A stretch of DNA of 63,719 nt, filler included, from a bacterium (GCA_027062325.1; 3 parts of 3 records of this genome joined end to end with filler, not necessarily neighbours in it); one strand, 5' to 3'. Shown: positions 10,034 to 20,430, counted from the whole stretch's first letter. Made by a program: numbers and translations. The notes: generated by a model not told the origin, from the sequence alone.

Positions 10034-11957
10034 CTTTAAAATAGACGAATTAATAGAATCCCTTTCTAATCCTTCCCCTAAAACAAAAGTAACAGTCCTA
10101 AAGATAATAATTTCAAATGCGAAAAGGTTTGACTCTCAACAAATAAACAAGTTAGTAGAGGCTCTTGCTCCACTTCAAAATCATCCACGTCCTGATGTAA
10201 ACTACTTTGCCAAAAAAGCTTTTGAAATTTTAACTCAGGAAAAAGAAGAGAAACAAAAAGATCCCGAACCCATAGAAGACAAAGTAGATCCTTCCACAAC
10301 AAATCAGCAAATTTCAGAAGAGGGAGAACAAAAAAAAATCGCTGAGGAACCTCAAAAAAACTCTCTGGATTACTATTACTTACCAGAAAAAGAGGAGAAT
10401 CATCAAATCAATACCTCCGAAACTTCTCCACTAGAAGAAGCAAAAAAAGTAGCCGAACCTCAACCAGAATCGGCAGAAGACAAAAATAAAGTAGGAGACT
10501 ATGAAGAGACAGAAAGAAAATTGAAAAAACTAAACTTAAAATCCAAGAAACAGAGACTCAAACTGAAAACTTTTGTGGATGTCATATTTGACTTTTTATC
10601 ACATTTAGTTAATCTAGGAGCACTAGTATTTTTCATCTACTCAGCAGTTTTAAACAAAAACAGCTTGCAGTCACCAAATTTTATAATACCAACTGTTATA
10701 TCATCACTTCTTATGATAAACTTTTTTGAAAAAAACAAGCTCTTGCGTTTCTATACAGCTACTTCACTCTCTGGAATAGCGTTCCTTTTATCTCTTGCTT
10801 TTCCAGAAGCACTTCCTCCAATAGCTATAAATCGCATCTACACCGCCATTTTATTATTGTCCATTCCATTTGTCATAGAACTTCTATGGTTAGAATCCAA
10901 ACTTATCAAGTCTATTGTCTACCTTCTAATTATATATTCCTTCTATGACTATCTAGCTCCACGTTTTAAACTTATAAGCTTTGGTTATCATAACAACACA
11001 CTCGTTTTTGCAATTTTAATAATATCCTTCACATATACTATAAAATCACTCGCAATGTTCATATTAAACTTCAAAAAAGAAGCTCTATCATTCATGTGGG
11101 GAGCCATAGCCGGTTGGACCATACTATCTCTACTTATTGTCAAATTCGGAATAAAACCATCTTTTGAAACCAATTCAATCACAAAAATTCTGGATACCTT
11201 TAAAGCTAGAAAAACCTCTTTAATCCTTTCAAAGCTCAACCAGCTTAAGGAATCTGGAATTGGCCTTGAAAATATAAACACCATTCAAACTGTTCCAAAA
11301 ATATTTAAATTACCTAAGAAATTTAGTTACAACACAGCTTTTCTCATTAATAACACTCCCATGCTAGTAGTTTACACGCAAAACAGTAATTCAAAAATTA
11401 CCTCACTAGTATTTGCTCTTGAAAAAAACTCTGTCATCGAAAAATTCAAAATTCCAGGTAAAATTGTCGTCATAAATTCCAAAACTTTTTTAATAAAAAA
11501 AGGCCAAACATTTTCCATAACTTTCAACAACTCCTCGTATGAAGTTACAAACTTTGCCAGCGGAGAAGTAATATCAATAGGCCTTACTCTAAAAGATAGA
11601 TGGCTATTTCTAAAAGACAAAATCATACAACAGCCTCTTCAGAATGTTCGCGACATTCAGACCTGGAAACTTATCTCCTCTTTCTTCACCTCAGTTATCA
11701 TTGAAAAAAATAACCCCTTAAAGTTTAGAGCACAATTTTTAGGAAATGAATACGTTGCAATCGCAAATATGTACCGTCTTTTTCAACTCCTTAAAAATTT
11801 TGGATATGAATTCGTAGAATGCTCTATAAAAACAGAAAACGGCACTTTGGAATTTAAAGGGGAAATAAAATCCTGTATTTCTAATCCTACAGCAATAGAC
11901 CTAAAAGTATTCTTCTCCGGAAAATTATTCAAAGACAATAATCCTTTTAAACTTTAA
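10017..11957 (+). CDS. Hypothetical multi-pass membrane protein with HEAT-like N-terminus
   Basis: 646 aa ORF: helical HEAT-like start, acidic linker, about 7 hydrophobic segments, soluble C-terminal domain. Confidence 0.7.
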   Translation: MSIVANFKIDELIESLSNPSPKTKVTVLKIIISNAKRFDSQQINKLVEALAPLQNHPRPDVNYFAKKAFEILTQEKEEKQKDPEPIEDKVDPSTTNQQISEEGEQKKIAEEPQKNSLDYYYLPEKEENHQINTSETSPLEEAKKVAEPQPESAEDKNKVGDYEETERKLKKLNLKSKKQRLKLKTFVDVIFDFLSHLVNLGALVFFIYSAVLNKNSLQSPNFIIPTVISSLLMINFFEKNKLLRFYTATSLSGIAFLLSLAFPEALPPIAINRIYTAILLLSIPFVIELLWLESKLIKSIVYLLIIYSFYDYLAPRFKLISFGYHNNTLVFAILIISFTYTIKSLAMFILNFKKEALSFMWGAIAGWTILSLLIVKFGIKPSFETNSITKILDTFKARKTSLILSKLNQLKESGIGLENINTIQTVPKIFKLPKKFSYNTAFLINNTPMLVVYTQNSNSKITSLVFALEKNSVIEKFKIPGKIVVINSKTFLIKKGQTFSITFNNSSYEVTNFASGEVISIGLTLKDRWLFLKDKIIQQPLQNVRDIQTWKLISSFFTSVIIEKNNPLKFRAQFLGNEYVAIANMYRLFQLLKNFGYEFVECSIKTENGTLEFKGEIKSCISNPTAIDLKVFFSGKLFKDNNPFKL

Positions 11958-11963
11958 TAAGGA

Positions 11964-12734
11964 GTGCTTTTTATGATTTTAAAAACCAATAACAATAAAG
12001 CTTTTACCCTAGTAGAACTGCTAATAGTTGTGGCAATCATTGGAATCTTAGCAGGATTTCTTGCTCCCAACTTTAGCGAAATGATACGCGAAGCTCGCCT
12101 GAGGAGAGCATATATGGATATGAGAGAGTATAGAAAAGCAGCTTTAATGTTTTATAAGGATTTTAAAAGACTTCCTAAAGATCTGTATGAGTTGGATAAA
12201 TATGTTACCATAAAAAAATCTCCCTGGAAAACAGATTATTATATTGACAAATACTGGGTGAAGTGCAAAGACGGATCTGGTAGAGTAATCTCGGTTCCAC
12301 TCATAGGTAATGAATTACAAACCGACATCCCTCCAAAAACATTTAAAGGGAACTATTTCGTATTCTACAAAAGCGCTGCAATAAAGTTTGTCGCAACTGC
12401 CGCCGTTGAATTCACATTCATATACAGATTTCCCAGCACAGTTGAAACTACTATCAATTTTGTTGGTTGTTACTTATCTAACACAAATGTAAAAAATATA
12501 TCCCCATCAGCCATTGTCAACGATTCCCAGATAAAGATTGATTTAGTAGGCCAAGGGATTTTCACAGCACAGCTAGAATATGTAGATGAAACATCAGCAC
12601 TATCCATTGATTTTGTATTTCCACAAAAACTAGGAGCAAAGATTTTTTACGGTAGAGACTGCATATACCAACGTTCAGAAGGAGATCCACCTCTTGTAAA
12701 AATATTCAGAACTGTTTATGAAGTCCACCGTTAA
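11964..12734 (+). CDS. Type IV pilin/pseudopilin (GspG-like N-terminus)
   Basis: Class III signal KA|FTLVELLIVVAIIGIL; later P..L..L and PW..DY motifs. Confidence 0.88.
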   Translation: MLFMILKTNNNKAFTLVELLIVVAIIGILAGFLAPNFSEMIREARLRRAYMDMREYRKAALMFYKDFKRLPKDLYELDKYVTIKKSPWKTDYYIDKYWVKCKDGSGRVISVPLIGNELQTDIPPKTFKGNYFVFYKSAAIKFVATAAVEFTFIYRFPSTVETTINFVGCYLSNTNVKNISPSAIVNDSQIKIDLVGQGIFTAQLEYVDETSALSIDFVFPQKLGAKIFYGRDCIYQRSEGDPPLVKIFRTVYEVHR

Positions 12735-12945
12735 AGTTAAATTTACTATGTTGTCATCTCATTATCAATTTTTGTTATTTTACATTCTGCTACTCTGTTC
12801 ATCTCTTTTGACAATATGAAACGCTAAAAAACAAGAGGAGTTTCTATATTTTTATAATTCTTCAGGCACAGATTTTGCTTTTACATTCAATACATCCAAT
12901 AGAACACTCTTTATATCAAAATGATTTCACAAGGGAGGCTAAAAA

Positions 12946-13842
12946 ATGCAGCAAGGTTCTGAATTCCAACACTTGTCAAGCTCCCTAGAACTTTCTTTGA
13001 TAAATTTTATAATTTTGACTCACTTCTTGATCTTAAAATTTAATTCCTATTTACTGATCTGGTTAGCACTAGTAATCGTCATAACAATACTACTAATAAA
13101 ACTATCACAAATAACTATGAGAAATTACAGTGACAAATACTTTTCAAATCCTGATTTTATAGAAATACTAAAAATTCTTTCCTTAATCACTCTAACAGTA
13201 AAATTAATATTTGGACTCGTCTCTCCTGCATCCATCAATACGCCCCACTATAAAAATTATCTACGAAGATCAGGATCACTCAGAGAAGCTATCACCCTTG
13301 GATACTCCATAAAAAACAAAAAATTGCTGAACCTTCTAAAAAAATTCAACCTCATACATATATTTGTTGTATCTGGCATGCATTTTCAAATTTTAGCAAA
13401 CTTTATGAAAAAGCTTGGAGCATCAAAACTCAACACCTGGCTAGTTATCTCAGGATACTTAATCATAACAGGATGCGGAGCAAGTGGAGTAAGGGCATGG
13501 CTTGCCACATCTTCTCTACTCCTGACAGACTCAGCAGAAAATCAACTCCTCACATTATCCTACTTAGTAATACTTATTACTTCATTAAATCCAAAACTTT
13601 TATTTTCAACTGGATTCATATTTTCCATGGCTGCATCATTACTGATCAAAGTTTGGAAATTTGGCGGTATTATCTTAACTTCCCTACTATCTTTTACAAT
13701 CTTTGCAAAAGTAATTACTTTAAAAACTCTAATTTTAAACCTCATATTTTCACAAACCTCAACATTTATCATAATATCATCAATTATTGTTCCAACTCTA
13801 ACAGAAAAAATCCTTATTAAATTACTGGAAATATTTAAGTAA
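12946..13842 (+). CDS. comEC: ComEC/Rec2 competence channel, core domain only
   Basis: HIFVVSGMH, G..ASGVRA, NP..L...GF.FS.A signature motifs. Confidence 0.85.
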   Translation: MQQGSEFQHLSSSLELSLINFIILTHFLILKFNSYLLIWLALVIVITILLIKLSQITMRNYSDKYFSNPDFIEILKILSLITLTVKLIFGLVSPASINTPHYKNYLRRSGSLREAITLGYSIKNKKLLNLLKKFNLIHIFVVSGMHFQILANFMKKLGASKLNTWLVISGYLIITGCGASGVRAWLATSSLLLTDSAENQLLTLSYLVILITSLNPKLLFSTGFIFSMAASLLIKVWKFGGIILTSLLSFTIFAKVITLKTLILNLIFSQTSTFIIISSIIVPTLTEKILIKLLEIFK

Positions 13843-13867
13843 AACTGAGGGCGATCAAAGAGCAAAT

Positions 13868-15322
13868 CTAACTATCAATCAACTCCTCCGCCTCAGGCAG
13901 TAAAGCAATAACTTTATAGACACGAACAGGTTTTTCTTTTCCCTTTACTTTGATTGGCTCAAGTTCCTCTGCCATAACATAGTCTTTAATCTGCTCATAA
14001 GCCTGATCTGAAACAAGAACTTCTCCAGCCTTAGCCACTCCCTGAAGTCGAGAAGCTAGATTAACAGTATCTCCAATTGCCGTGTAATCCATCCTAAGAC
14101 TACTTCCAATATTTCCAACAACAACATCACCATAAGTTATACCTATGCCCATTCCAAGCGTCTTCCAACCATGATTAGCCCATTGTTCATTCAATTCCTT
14201 AAGCCTTTTCTGCATCTCTACAGCTGTAGCAACAGCATTCACAACAGGATTTTTCATTTCAACAGGCGCACCATATAGAGCCATAATAGCATCTCCCATA
14301 TACTTATCCAATGTTCCATTGTACTTAAACACTATCTTTGTCATCTCTTCAAAATACTCATTCAAGATAGCAACAACTTCCTCCGGCTGCATTTTCTCCG
14401 ACATAGAGGTAAAACCCCTAATATCAGAAAACAAAACAGCTATCTTCTTCTTAACCCCTCCCAACTCTAAACTATCAGGATTTTTTACTATTTCTGCTAC
14501 AACTTGGGGAGAAACATACTTTGAAAAAACTTCTTTTAATTTTTGCTTCTCTTCTCTTTCACGCTTTGATAGCTCTTTCGCCTCCTCCAACTCCTCTAAA
14601 GTCAGCTCGAACGTCTTGGCGTTTTCTAAAACTATTGCTGCAACACTAGATATCGTGAAAAGCAAACTTACATCCTCTTTAGAAAAAGACTTAACTTTCT
14701 TTAATAACACCATACCCAAAAATTTATCCTGACTTCTTATCGAAATAACAGCATCCGCTGCAAGCTCCCCCTGAGAAGCAGAAGCAGCTAGCACTGGATC
14801 CATAGCTATAGTTTTCGGATCAAAAATTCCACCCCTTTCCTTAACCTGCCTTATCAACTCAGAGCTACCGGCACTGTAATATCTTCCCTCTATCCAATCT
14901 ACATCCCCCCACACTTTAGCACAAACAAATATATCCTCTGCCTCAAGATATAAAAATACTCCACCGTGATTTAATCCTAAAGTTTTAGAAAGAACTTCCA
15001 CTAACCTATCAAGTGCTTCTTCTAAAGTCAAAGCAGAGCTCAAATCTTTTATTCCAAATAGGGCCATATTGAGACGCAGCATCTTTTTGCGCACTTCTTC
15101 CTTGAAGCTGTTGACTTTTTCTCGAAATTTCTGCTCAAGAACAGCCATCATACGATCTTTTATAGTCTCTACATCCTCTCCTAACGTTTTAGACTTTCTC
15201 TCAAGCTCCCTTAACTCCGAAATTCTATCATCATAAGCTGCTAAGAGACCCTCCACTTTTTTGTAGTAAAAAATCGAAAGTACCAACAATAAAACGTTAA
15301 TACCTAATAATGCCCACAGCAT
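13868..15322 (-). CDS. Class III adenylate cyclase (TM anchor-coiled coil-GAF-cyclase)
   Basis: FSDIRGFT, DKYMGDAIMA, DYTAIGDTVNLASRL, VKGK. Lys/Thr substrate residues suggest ATP. Confidence 0.93.
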   Translation of the reverse strand: MLWALLGINVLLLVLSIFYYKKVEGLLAAYDDRISELRELERKSKTLGEDVETIKDRMMAVLEQKFREKVNSFKEEVRKKMLRLNMALFGIKDLSSALTLEEALDRLVEVLSKTLGLNHGGVFLYLEAEDIFVCAKVWGDVDWIEGRYYSAGSSELIRQVKERGGIFDPKTIAMDPVLAASASQGELAADAVISIRSQDKFLGMVLLKKVKSFSKEDVSLLFTISSVAAIVLENAKTFELTLEELEEAKELSKREREEKQKLKEVFSKYVSPQVVAEIVKNPDSLELGGVKKKIAVLFSDIRGFTSMSEKMQPEEVVAILNEYFEEMTKIVFKYNGTLDKYMGDAIMALYGAPVEMKNPVVNAVATAVEMQKRLKELNEQWANHGWKTLGMGIGITYGDVVVGNIGSSLRMDYTAIGDTVNLASRLQGVAKAGEVLVSDQAYEQIKDYVMAEELEPIKVKGKEKPVRVYKVIALLPEAEELIDS

Positions 15323-15422
15323 AAACTTATCCTCTCACCTACACCCTATGGTAATATTTCATATCGAATAGAATACACAAAATTTGGGGCGTAAGAAAGT
15401 ATAAACTCTTAACCTAATACCG

Positions 15423-16160
15423 TCAAAAATTTTTCAACTCTACAAGGGTTCCTATCTCTCCTGTAAAGCATCTTTTTCTATTCCAAAATTTGCGACCCTT
15501 GTACTCCTTTGCTGAAATTACGCACATTCTCACAAAAGCGGTGTTCTCCTCAGGTTTATTAGAAAACAATATTTCAAAACTACTTACTGGAAATCTATAT
15601 ACCTTGTAGTAATTGCCTCGCGAAGGCTCATCAGTCAATTTCCATTCCCTTTTATAAGCTAGAGTATAATATTCTTTTCCGAATTCTTTCCTTTTATTTA
15701 AAAATAAACTGCATTCCCAATCATATAGCTCAGTATCCTGAACAACAGCAGATCTGTTCTCCACAGAAACAATTCTGAAAGTTAAAAGCTTTAAGGGCCA
15801 ATCCGAGTCTGAAACTCCATCAAGAGATGAATAATCTAAAGCTATAATCTCAGAAGTTACCGTTGTAGAAACAACTTTGAATATATCTGCATTTACAAAC
15901 AACTTATAATCCTTTACTCTCTTTTTAAACTTCTCATCTATGTAGTAACCAATTGAAGCAGACTGTAAATCCTTCGAAAAAACATCAAAAAAAGCATTCA
16001 TATCAGCTTCATATTCATTCTCTACACCCGAAAAAAATACCTCTGTCTGAGTGGAGCGATAAAACTTGTAAATTGTAATTATCACAACAGACAATATCGA
16101 AATTGCTATCAAAATTTCAGTCAAGGTATAACCTCTCCCACTTAAAACTCTCATAATCAC
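15423..16160 (-). CDS. Minor pilin (PilW/GspJ-like)
   Basis: RG|YTLTEILIAISIL class III signal. Confidence 0.82.
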   Translation of the reverse strand: MIMRVLSGRGYTLTEILIAISILSVVIITIYKFYRSTQTEVFFSGVENEYEADMNAFFDVFSKDLQSASIGYYIDEKFKKRVKDYKLFVNADIFKVVSTTVTSEIIALDYSSLDGVSDSDWPLKLLTFRIVSVENRSAVVQDTELYDWECSLFLNKRKEFGKEYYTLAYKREWKLTDEPSRGNYYKVYRFPVSSFEILFSNKPEENTAFVRMCVISAKEYKGRKFWNRKRCFTGEIGTLVELKNF

Positions 16161-16173
16161 ATCTCCTCCACAA

Positions 16174-16740
16174 CTATTCAGCTACAAGATTTAATAAAAC
16201 TTCCTTAGTAGCAACAACTTCATACTCCAATTTTCTATTTTTTATCTCAACCACATCTACTACAAATCTCACAGTTACAGACTCTTTCTTAACATTGTCG
16301 TAACTTCCAACACTATCTCTCCGCTCCACCATTCCTCCCAATCCCAAAATCTCAGCAGTCATATCTTTTATATAATAAACATCTCCACGTGCCGCTAAAG
16401 CCTCTGCTCGATCTACGTATATGTTCATAAAATCTTTAAAATCATCGTTCTTGAATACATACTTTAAGAAAAACTCTTTTGTTTTCCCCTGATTAACCGC
16501 TTCTTCAAATAAAGGGTAGTAGTTAACCGCAACATAACTTGCAAAGTTTATTACTGAATTTACAACGTAGTTGAGAGCCGTTTTTTTCTTCGCTTTCTTA
16601 AACCTAAGATTTCTCTGTTGTGAAGTGTTAATCAACACAATAACCAATATCATAACAACGGTCATTATTCCTAAAACCAACGGCAAAGCTATACCTCTTC
16701 TCTGCATAGTTCGCTTTGCTTTTGAAAACAAAAGAAGCAT
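16174..16740 (-). CDS. PilX/GspK-like minor pilin
   Basis: RRG|IALPLVL hydrophobic N-terminus without Glu5, located between two pilins. Confidence 0.72.
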   Translation of the reverse strand: MLLLFSKAKRTMQRRGIALPLVLGIMTVVMILVIVLINTSQQRNLRFKKAKKKTALNYVVNSVINFASYVAVNYYPLFEEAVNQGKTKEFFLKYVFKNDDFKDFMNIYVDRAEALAARGDVYYIKDMTAEILGLGGMVERRDSVGSYDNVKKESVTVRFVVDVVEIKNRKLEYEVVATKEVLLNLVAE

Positions 16741-16774
16741 CCTGATCCCTCCAAATCACATTAAATACTTACAC

Positions 16775-17350
16775 TTAACGGAGATTAAACCAACAAATTG
16801 TATAATCAAAAACCTTTGTCAACGTTGGATCAAGCCTTCCATCTAAATCAAATGCTCCAGGTCTAAAACTAGATCTATCTTTAATCCAAAAGCCAGCTCC
16901 TCTTATTTTGAACACTGCCCCATCATCTCTTTCATAAGTAAACTCTAAAACCTTTGGAGTTCCAGAAGCCGTCAAATTTGAATAATCAGGTATTTTTAGA
17001 TGCTCTATCTTTCTTCTAGCCCTTATCTGAATTAGGTAGAAAGCTTGACGTTGATTATTGTTGTAAAAATCTCGTCCCACAACAAAATATCCCGGATTAT
17101 TGCGAGCAAGACTAAACACTCGACGCCGGAAGTTTTCGTCATTTTTTAACTGTGCCAGAATAACTCCCATACGGGTATTCAGCTCATCATACAACTTGCT
17201 TAATACCTTTATTCTATACTGCTGGCTTCTACTACTGGTTAAAAATACAGCCATTGAAGTAGCTATTATTCCTATAACTGCAACTGCAATGACAATCTCT
17301 GTCAAAGTTACCGCCTTTTCTCTTAAAACCCTTTTTCTTAAACTCCCCAA
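16775..17350 (-). CDS. Minor pilin (PilV/GspI-like)
   Basis: KA|VTLTEIVIAVAVIGII. Confidence 0.8.
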   Translation of the reverse strand: MGSLRKRVLREKAVTLTEIVIAVAVIGIIATSMAVFLTSSRSQQYRIKVLSKLYDELNTRMGVILAQLKNDENFRRRVFSLARNNPGYFVVGRDFYNNNQRQAFYLIQIRARRKIEHLKIPDYSNLTASGTPKVLEFTYERDDGAVFKIRGAGFWIKDRSSFRPGAFDLDGRLDPTLTKVFDYTICWFNLR

Positions 17351-17411
17351 CTCTCATCTCCCCCTTAACCCAAGCATGCACCTCTATTATCTTTGACGCA
17401 CCAAAACCACA

Positions 17412-19856
17412 TTAGCTCGCAAACCACTCATCAAGCAACTTTGCAGCATCCACCGCTGTCTCTGTCCAGTAAGCACCTATTTTTTTAGCAAAAGCTTTAC
17501 TAACCACTGCCCCTCCTACCATAATCTTTCCGTTAAAGGCTGCTTTTTTCAATTCTTCGACAGTCTTTCTCATCGCAGGTAAAGTTGTCGTCATTAAAGC
17601 ACTCAACATTACAACATCAGGCTTCAGTTCTTCAACAGCCTTCAAAAAATTCTCAACAGGTACCGCCTTTCCTAAATCGTGAACCTCATATCCAAAGCTT
17701 CTGACAACTGCAGCAACTAAATTTTTTCCTATGTCGTGTGCATCTCCCTCAACAGTTCCTATAACAACCCGCGCTTTTGCTATTGAATCTTCAGAATCTA
17801 TGTTTTCCTCAACCATTTTCATCAACTTTTCCATAACACGTGCAGAAGCAACAAGCTGAGGCAAAAAGTAGATTCCCTTATCATACAACTCACCAACTCT
17901 CACTATACCCGGAATAAGATGTTCGTTCACTATTTCCATTATTCTCTTATTTTTCTCCTCACCCTTGTATCCTCTAATCTTGACAAGCAACTCTTCAAGT
18001 AATTTCTTAGCACTCTCAAAATCTGCATCAACAATTTTCTTTGCCAATTCACTTATCTTACCGTATCTATCATCTTCTCTTTTCTGGGATCTTTCAACTT
18101 TTACCTCAACACCAACTCCCAAATTTTTAAACTTCTCTATCCTACCAAGCTGTAGTTTTTTCAAAGCATAATGAGTTTCTCTAACTTGCCACAACATCAA
18201 ATCCTTGGGATTAACTATTGCTGCATCTAACCACGGTATCAACATTGAAAATGCATACGAATTTACCACTTTTCTAACAGGAAGCCCATGAGAAAAATTT
18301 GACAAGCCAACAACAGTCTTCCAACCAAATTCTTTGTACTTTTGCGCAACTCTAACAGCCCTTTCAATAGAGGAGACAGCTAGAGGAAAGGCTAATATGT
18401 CAACGTAAATTCTCTCAGTCGGCACTCCCCAATTGCGAATTCTACCAACAAGCTCAAGAGCAAATCTTATCTGCTCACTCTCATTTTCTGGAACCTTTTT
18501 TCCGACGGGAAGTGCTATTACAAAGGAAGAGTGCAGAGCTATCTTTTTCATTAACTCTTCATCATTTACTCTTTCCATATCCACAGAGTTGATAAAAGCT
18601 ATTGCATCAACCTCTTCAATTGCCCTACTCAAAGCAGATGACGAAGATGAATCGGGCATAACCACGCAGGAAGTTGATCCCTGAACCACTCTTATTGCCT
18701 CAACAAGTAACTCTCTTTCTCTCTCTTCATCATCTGTAAACCCAGCATTTACATCAAGAACGTGAGCTCCTTCCTTTTCCTGATTTACCGCCATTTTCCT
18801 TATCAAATCCAAATTTCCACTCTCATAACTCTCTTTCAGCTTTTTCTTCCTAGTTGGATTAATTCTTTCTCCAATAAACAAACACTCATCTAAGAAAAAA
18901 ACTTTACTTCTACTTGTTATAGCTCTAGCAAACTTTTGCGGGAGCTTAACTCTTCTTTTTACCAACCTATTTCTCATTGCCGCTATATGCTCTGGAGTAG
19001 AACCGCAACATCCTCCAACAAACATTGCGCCCTTACTTGAAGCATACTGGGCAAATTCTGCCATCTCCTCAGGAGTAGCATCGTAAACAGTCCTTCCTTC
19101 AACGTAGCGCGCCACCCCAGCGTTAGGTTGGATTGAAACTGGCAACACCATTTCCGCCAAGTACTCATCCAAAACCTTCTTCATCTTATCAGGTCCAACA
19201 GAACAGTTCGCACCAACTGCAAAAGCACCAAGATGATAAAACGTATGAGCACAAACTCTGGGATCTGAACCCGTAAGAGTGTATCCTGCCTCATCAAATG
19301 TAAACTGAGCAATGAAAGGGATTCCAACCATTTTGGCAGCAATTGCCGCAGCTTTAGCCTCTTGAAGATCCATCATAGTTTCTATCAAGACAAAATCTGC
19401 TCCAGCCCGGGCTAAATAACTAATCTGTTCGTAAAAAATATTCACCGCTTCTGAAAATTCAAGCAATCCTTCTGGTTTAATAAGAGCTCCTGTTGGTCCA
19501 ACACTTCCTGCAACATATTTTGCACCACTTCTCCTTGCTGCCTTAACAGCATTGTGTATTATTTTCTCCTGTTCATCATACAATCCAAATTGTTTGAGTT
19601 TGAAAGCATTGGCTCCAAAAGTATTGGTTTCAACTATTTCAGCTCCAGCCTCCACAAACATCTTATGCACTTTTTCAACTATATCCAGCGCCTCTAAATT
19701 TGCCTTCTCCGGCAACTCTGTATAACCAAGCTTCATCAAATTTGTCCCCATTGCACCATCAAAGAGAACAACACTACCTTTTTCTATAAGTTCCTTTACT
19801 TTAGAATTCAAAATAGTATGTTCAAACGGATACTCTCCTAAAATCACCACCATCAC
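17412..19856 (-). CDS. metH: B12-dependent methionine synthase lacking the reactivation domain
   Basis: DGAMGT, GANC, GGCCG, IGERINPT pterin domain, GDAHDIGKNLV, SALMTTT, GGA; ends after the cobalamin domain. Confidence 0.93.
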   Translation of the reverse strand: MMVVILGEYPFEHTILNSKVKELIEKGSVVLFDGAMGTNLMKLGYTELPEKANLEALDIVEKVHKMFVEAGAEIVETNTFGANAFKLKQFGLYDEQEKIIHNAVKAARRSGAKYVAGSVGPTGALIKPEGLLEFSEAVNIFYEQISYLARAGADFVLIETMMDLQEAKAAAIAAKMVGIPFIAQFTFDEAGYTLTGSDPRVCAHTFYHLGAFAVGANCSVGPDKMKKVLDEYLAEMVLPVSIQPNAGVARYVEGRTVYDATPEEMAEFAQYASSKGAMFVGGCCGSTPEHIAAMRNRLVKRRVKLPQKFARAITSRSKVFFLDECLFIGERINPTRKKKLKESYESGNLDLIRKMAVNQEKEGAHVLDVNAGFTDDEERERELLVEAIRVVQGSTSCVVMPDSSSSSALSRAIEEVDAIAFINSVDMERVNDEELMKKIALHSSFVIALPVGKKVPENESEQIRFALELVGRIRNWGVPTERIYVDILAFPLAVSSIERAVRVAQKYKEFGWKTVVGLSNFSHGLPVRKVVNSYAFSMLIPWLDAAIVNPKDLMLWQVRETHYALKKLQLGRIEKFKNLGVGVEVKVERSQKREDDRYGKISELAKKIVDADFESAKKLLEELLVKIRGYKGEEKNKRIMEIVNEHLIPGIVRVGELYDKGIYFLPQLVASARVMEKLMKMVEENIDSEDSIAKARVVIGTVEGDAHDIGKNLVAAVVRSFGYEVHDLGKAVPVENFLKAVEELKPDVVMLSALMTTTLPAMRKTVEELKKAAFNGKIMVGGAVVSKAFAKKIGAYWTETAVDAAKLLDEWFAS

Positions 19857-20105
19857 CTCTTGGAAAAATTCTTACAATCATTAGTTTACCAAATGATTCC
19901 TAAACTTTAGTAAAATCTTTAACATATTTTTCTGTATTTAGCGAACTTTTAATAGTTTATTAATGAAACTTTAATTAGCTATAAAACCTTGAAAAACCCG
20001 ATAAACTCTTGACAGGCAACCAGTTATCCTTTAATAATAAAATCAGAACTAAGATAAGCCATTTAAATTTCGAAATTTTCACATTTTTTAGGGAGGTGTA
20101 TCAGA

Positions 20106-20381
20106 ATGAACAAAAATGAATTGATCAAAGAGTTGGCCGCAAGAACAAATCTTACTCAGAAAGAGGCAAAGGCTTTCTTGGATGCTTTCTGCGAAATAAT
20201 CACGGAAGCTCTCGCAAAAGGTGACAAAGTGGCAATCATGAATTTCGGTACTTGGGAAGTCAGAGAAAGAGCAGAGAGAAAGGGTAGAAATCCAAGAACT
20301 AAAGAGGAAATTATCATTCCTGCAACAAAAGTTCCTCGCTTCTCTCCAGGTAAGATGCTCAAAGAAGCAGTTAAGAAGTAA
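20106..20381 (+). CDS. hup: HU DNA-binding protein
   Basis: MNKNELI, FGTWEVRERAERKGRNPRT, IPATKVPRFSPGK. Confidence 0.97.
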   Translation: MNKNELIKELAARTNLTQKEAKAFLDAFCEIITEALAKGDKVAIMNFGTWEVRERAERKGRNPRTKEEIIIPATKVPRFSPGKMLKEAVKK

Positions 20382-20383
20382 AG

Positions 20384-20430
20384 AAAAATAAAGAAGGTCA
20401 CCTCATAAAGAGGTGGCCTTCTTTATTTTA
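20384..20430. terminator. Intrinsic (potentially bidirectional) terminator after hup
   Basis: AAAAATAAAGAAGGTCACCTC-ataaa-GAGGTGGCCTTCTTTATTTTT, near-perfect hairpin with T tail. Confidence 0.85.

Noticed and set aside
12718..12942. 75-codon frame with two in-frame TGA, suggesting recoding
   Set aside because: TGA ends real genes here (rimM, motB, priA), Trp is TGG in conserved genes, and the peptide resembles nothing I recognise
19857..20105. SAM/cobalamin riboswitch upstream of metH
   Set aside because: Very AT-rich with no recognisable aptamer core; only a weak AATCATT-N9-AATGATT repeat and a TTGACA without a well-spaced -10
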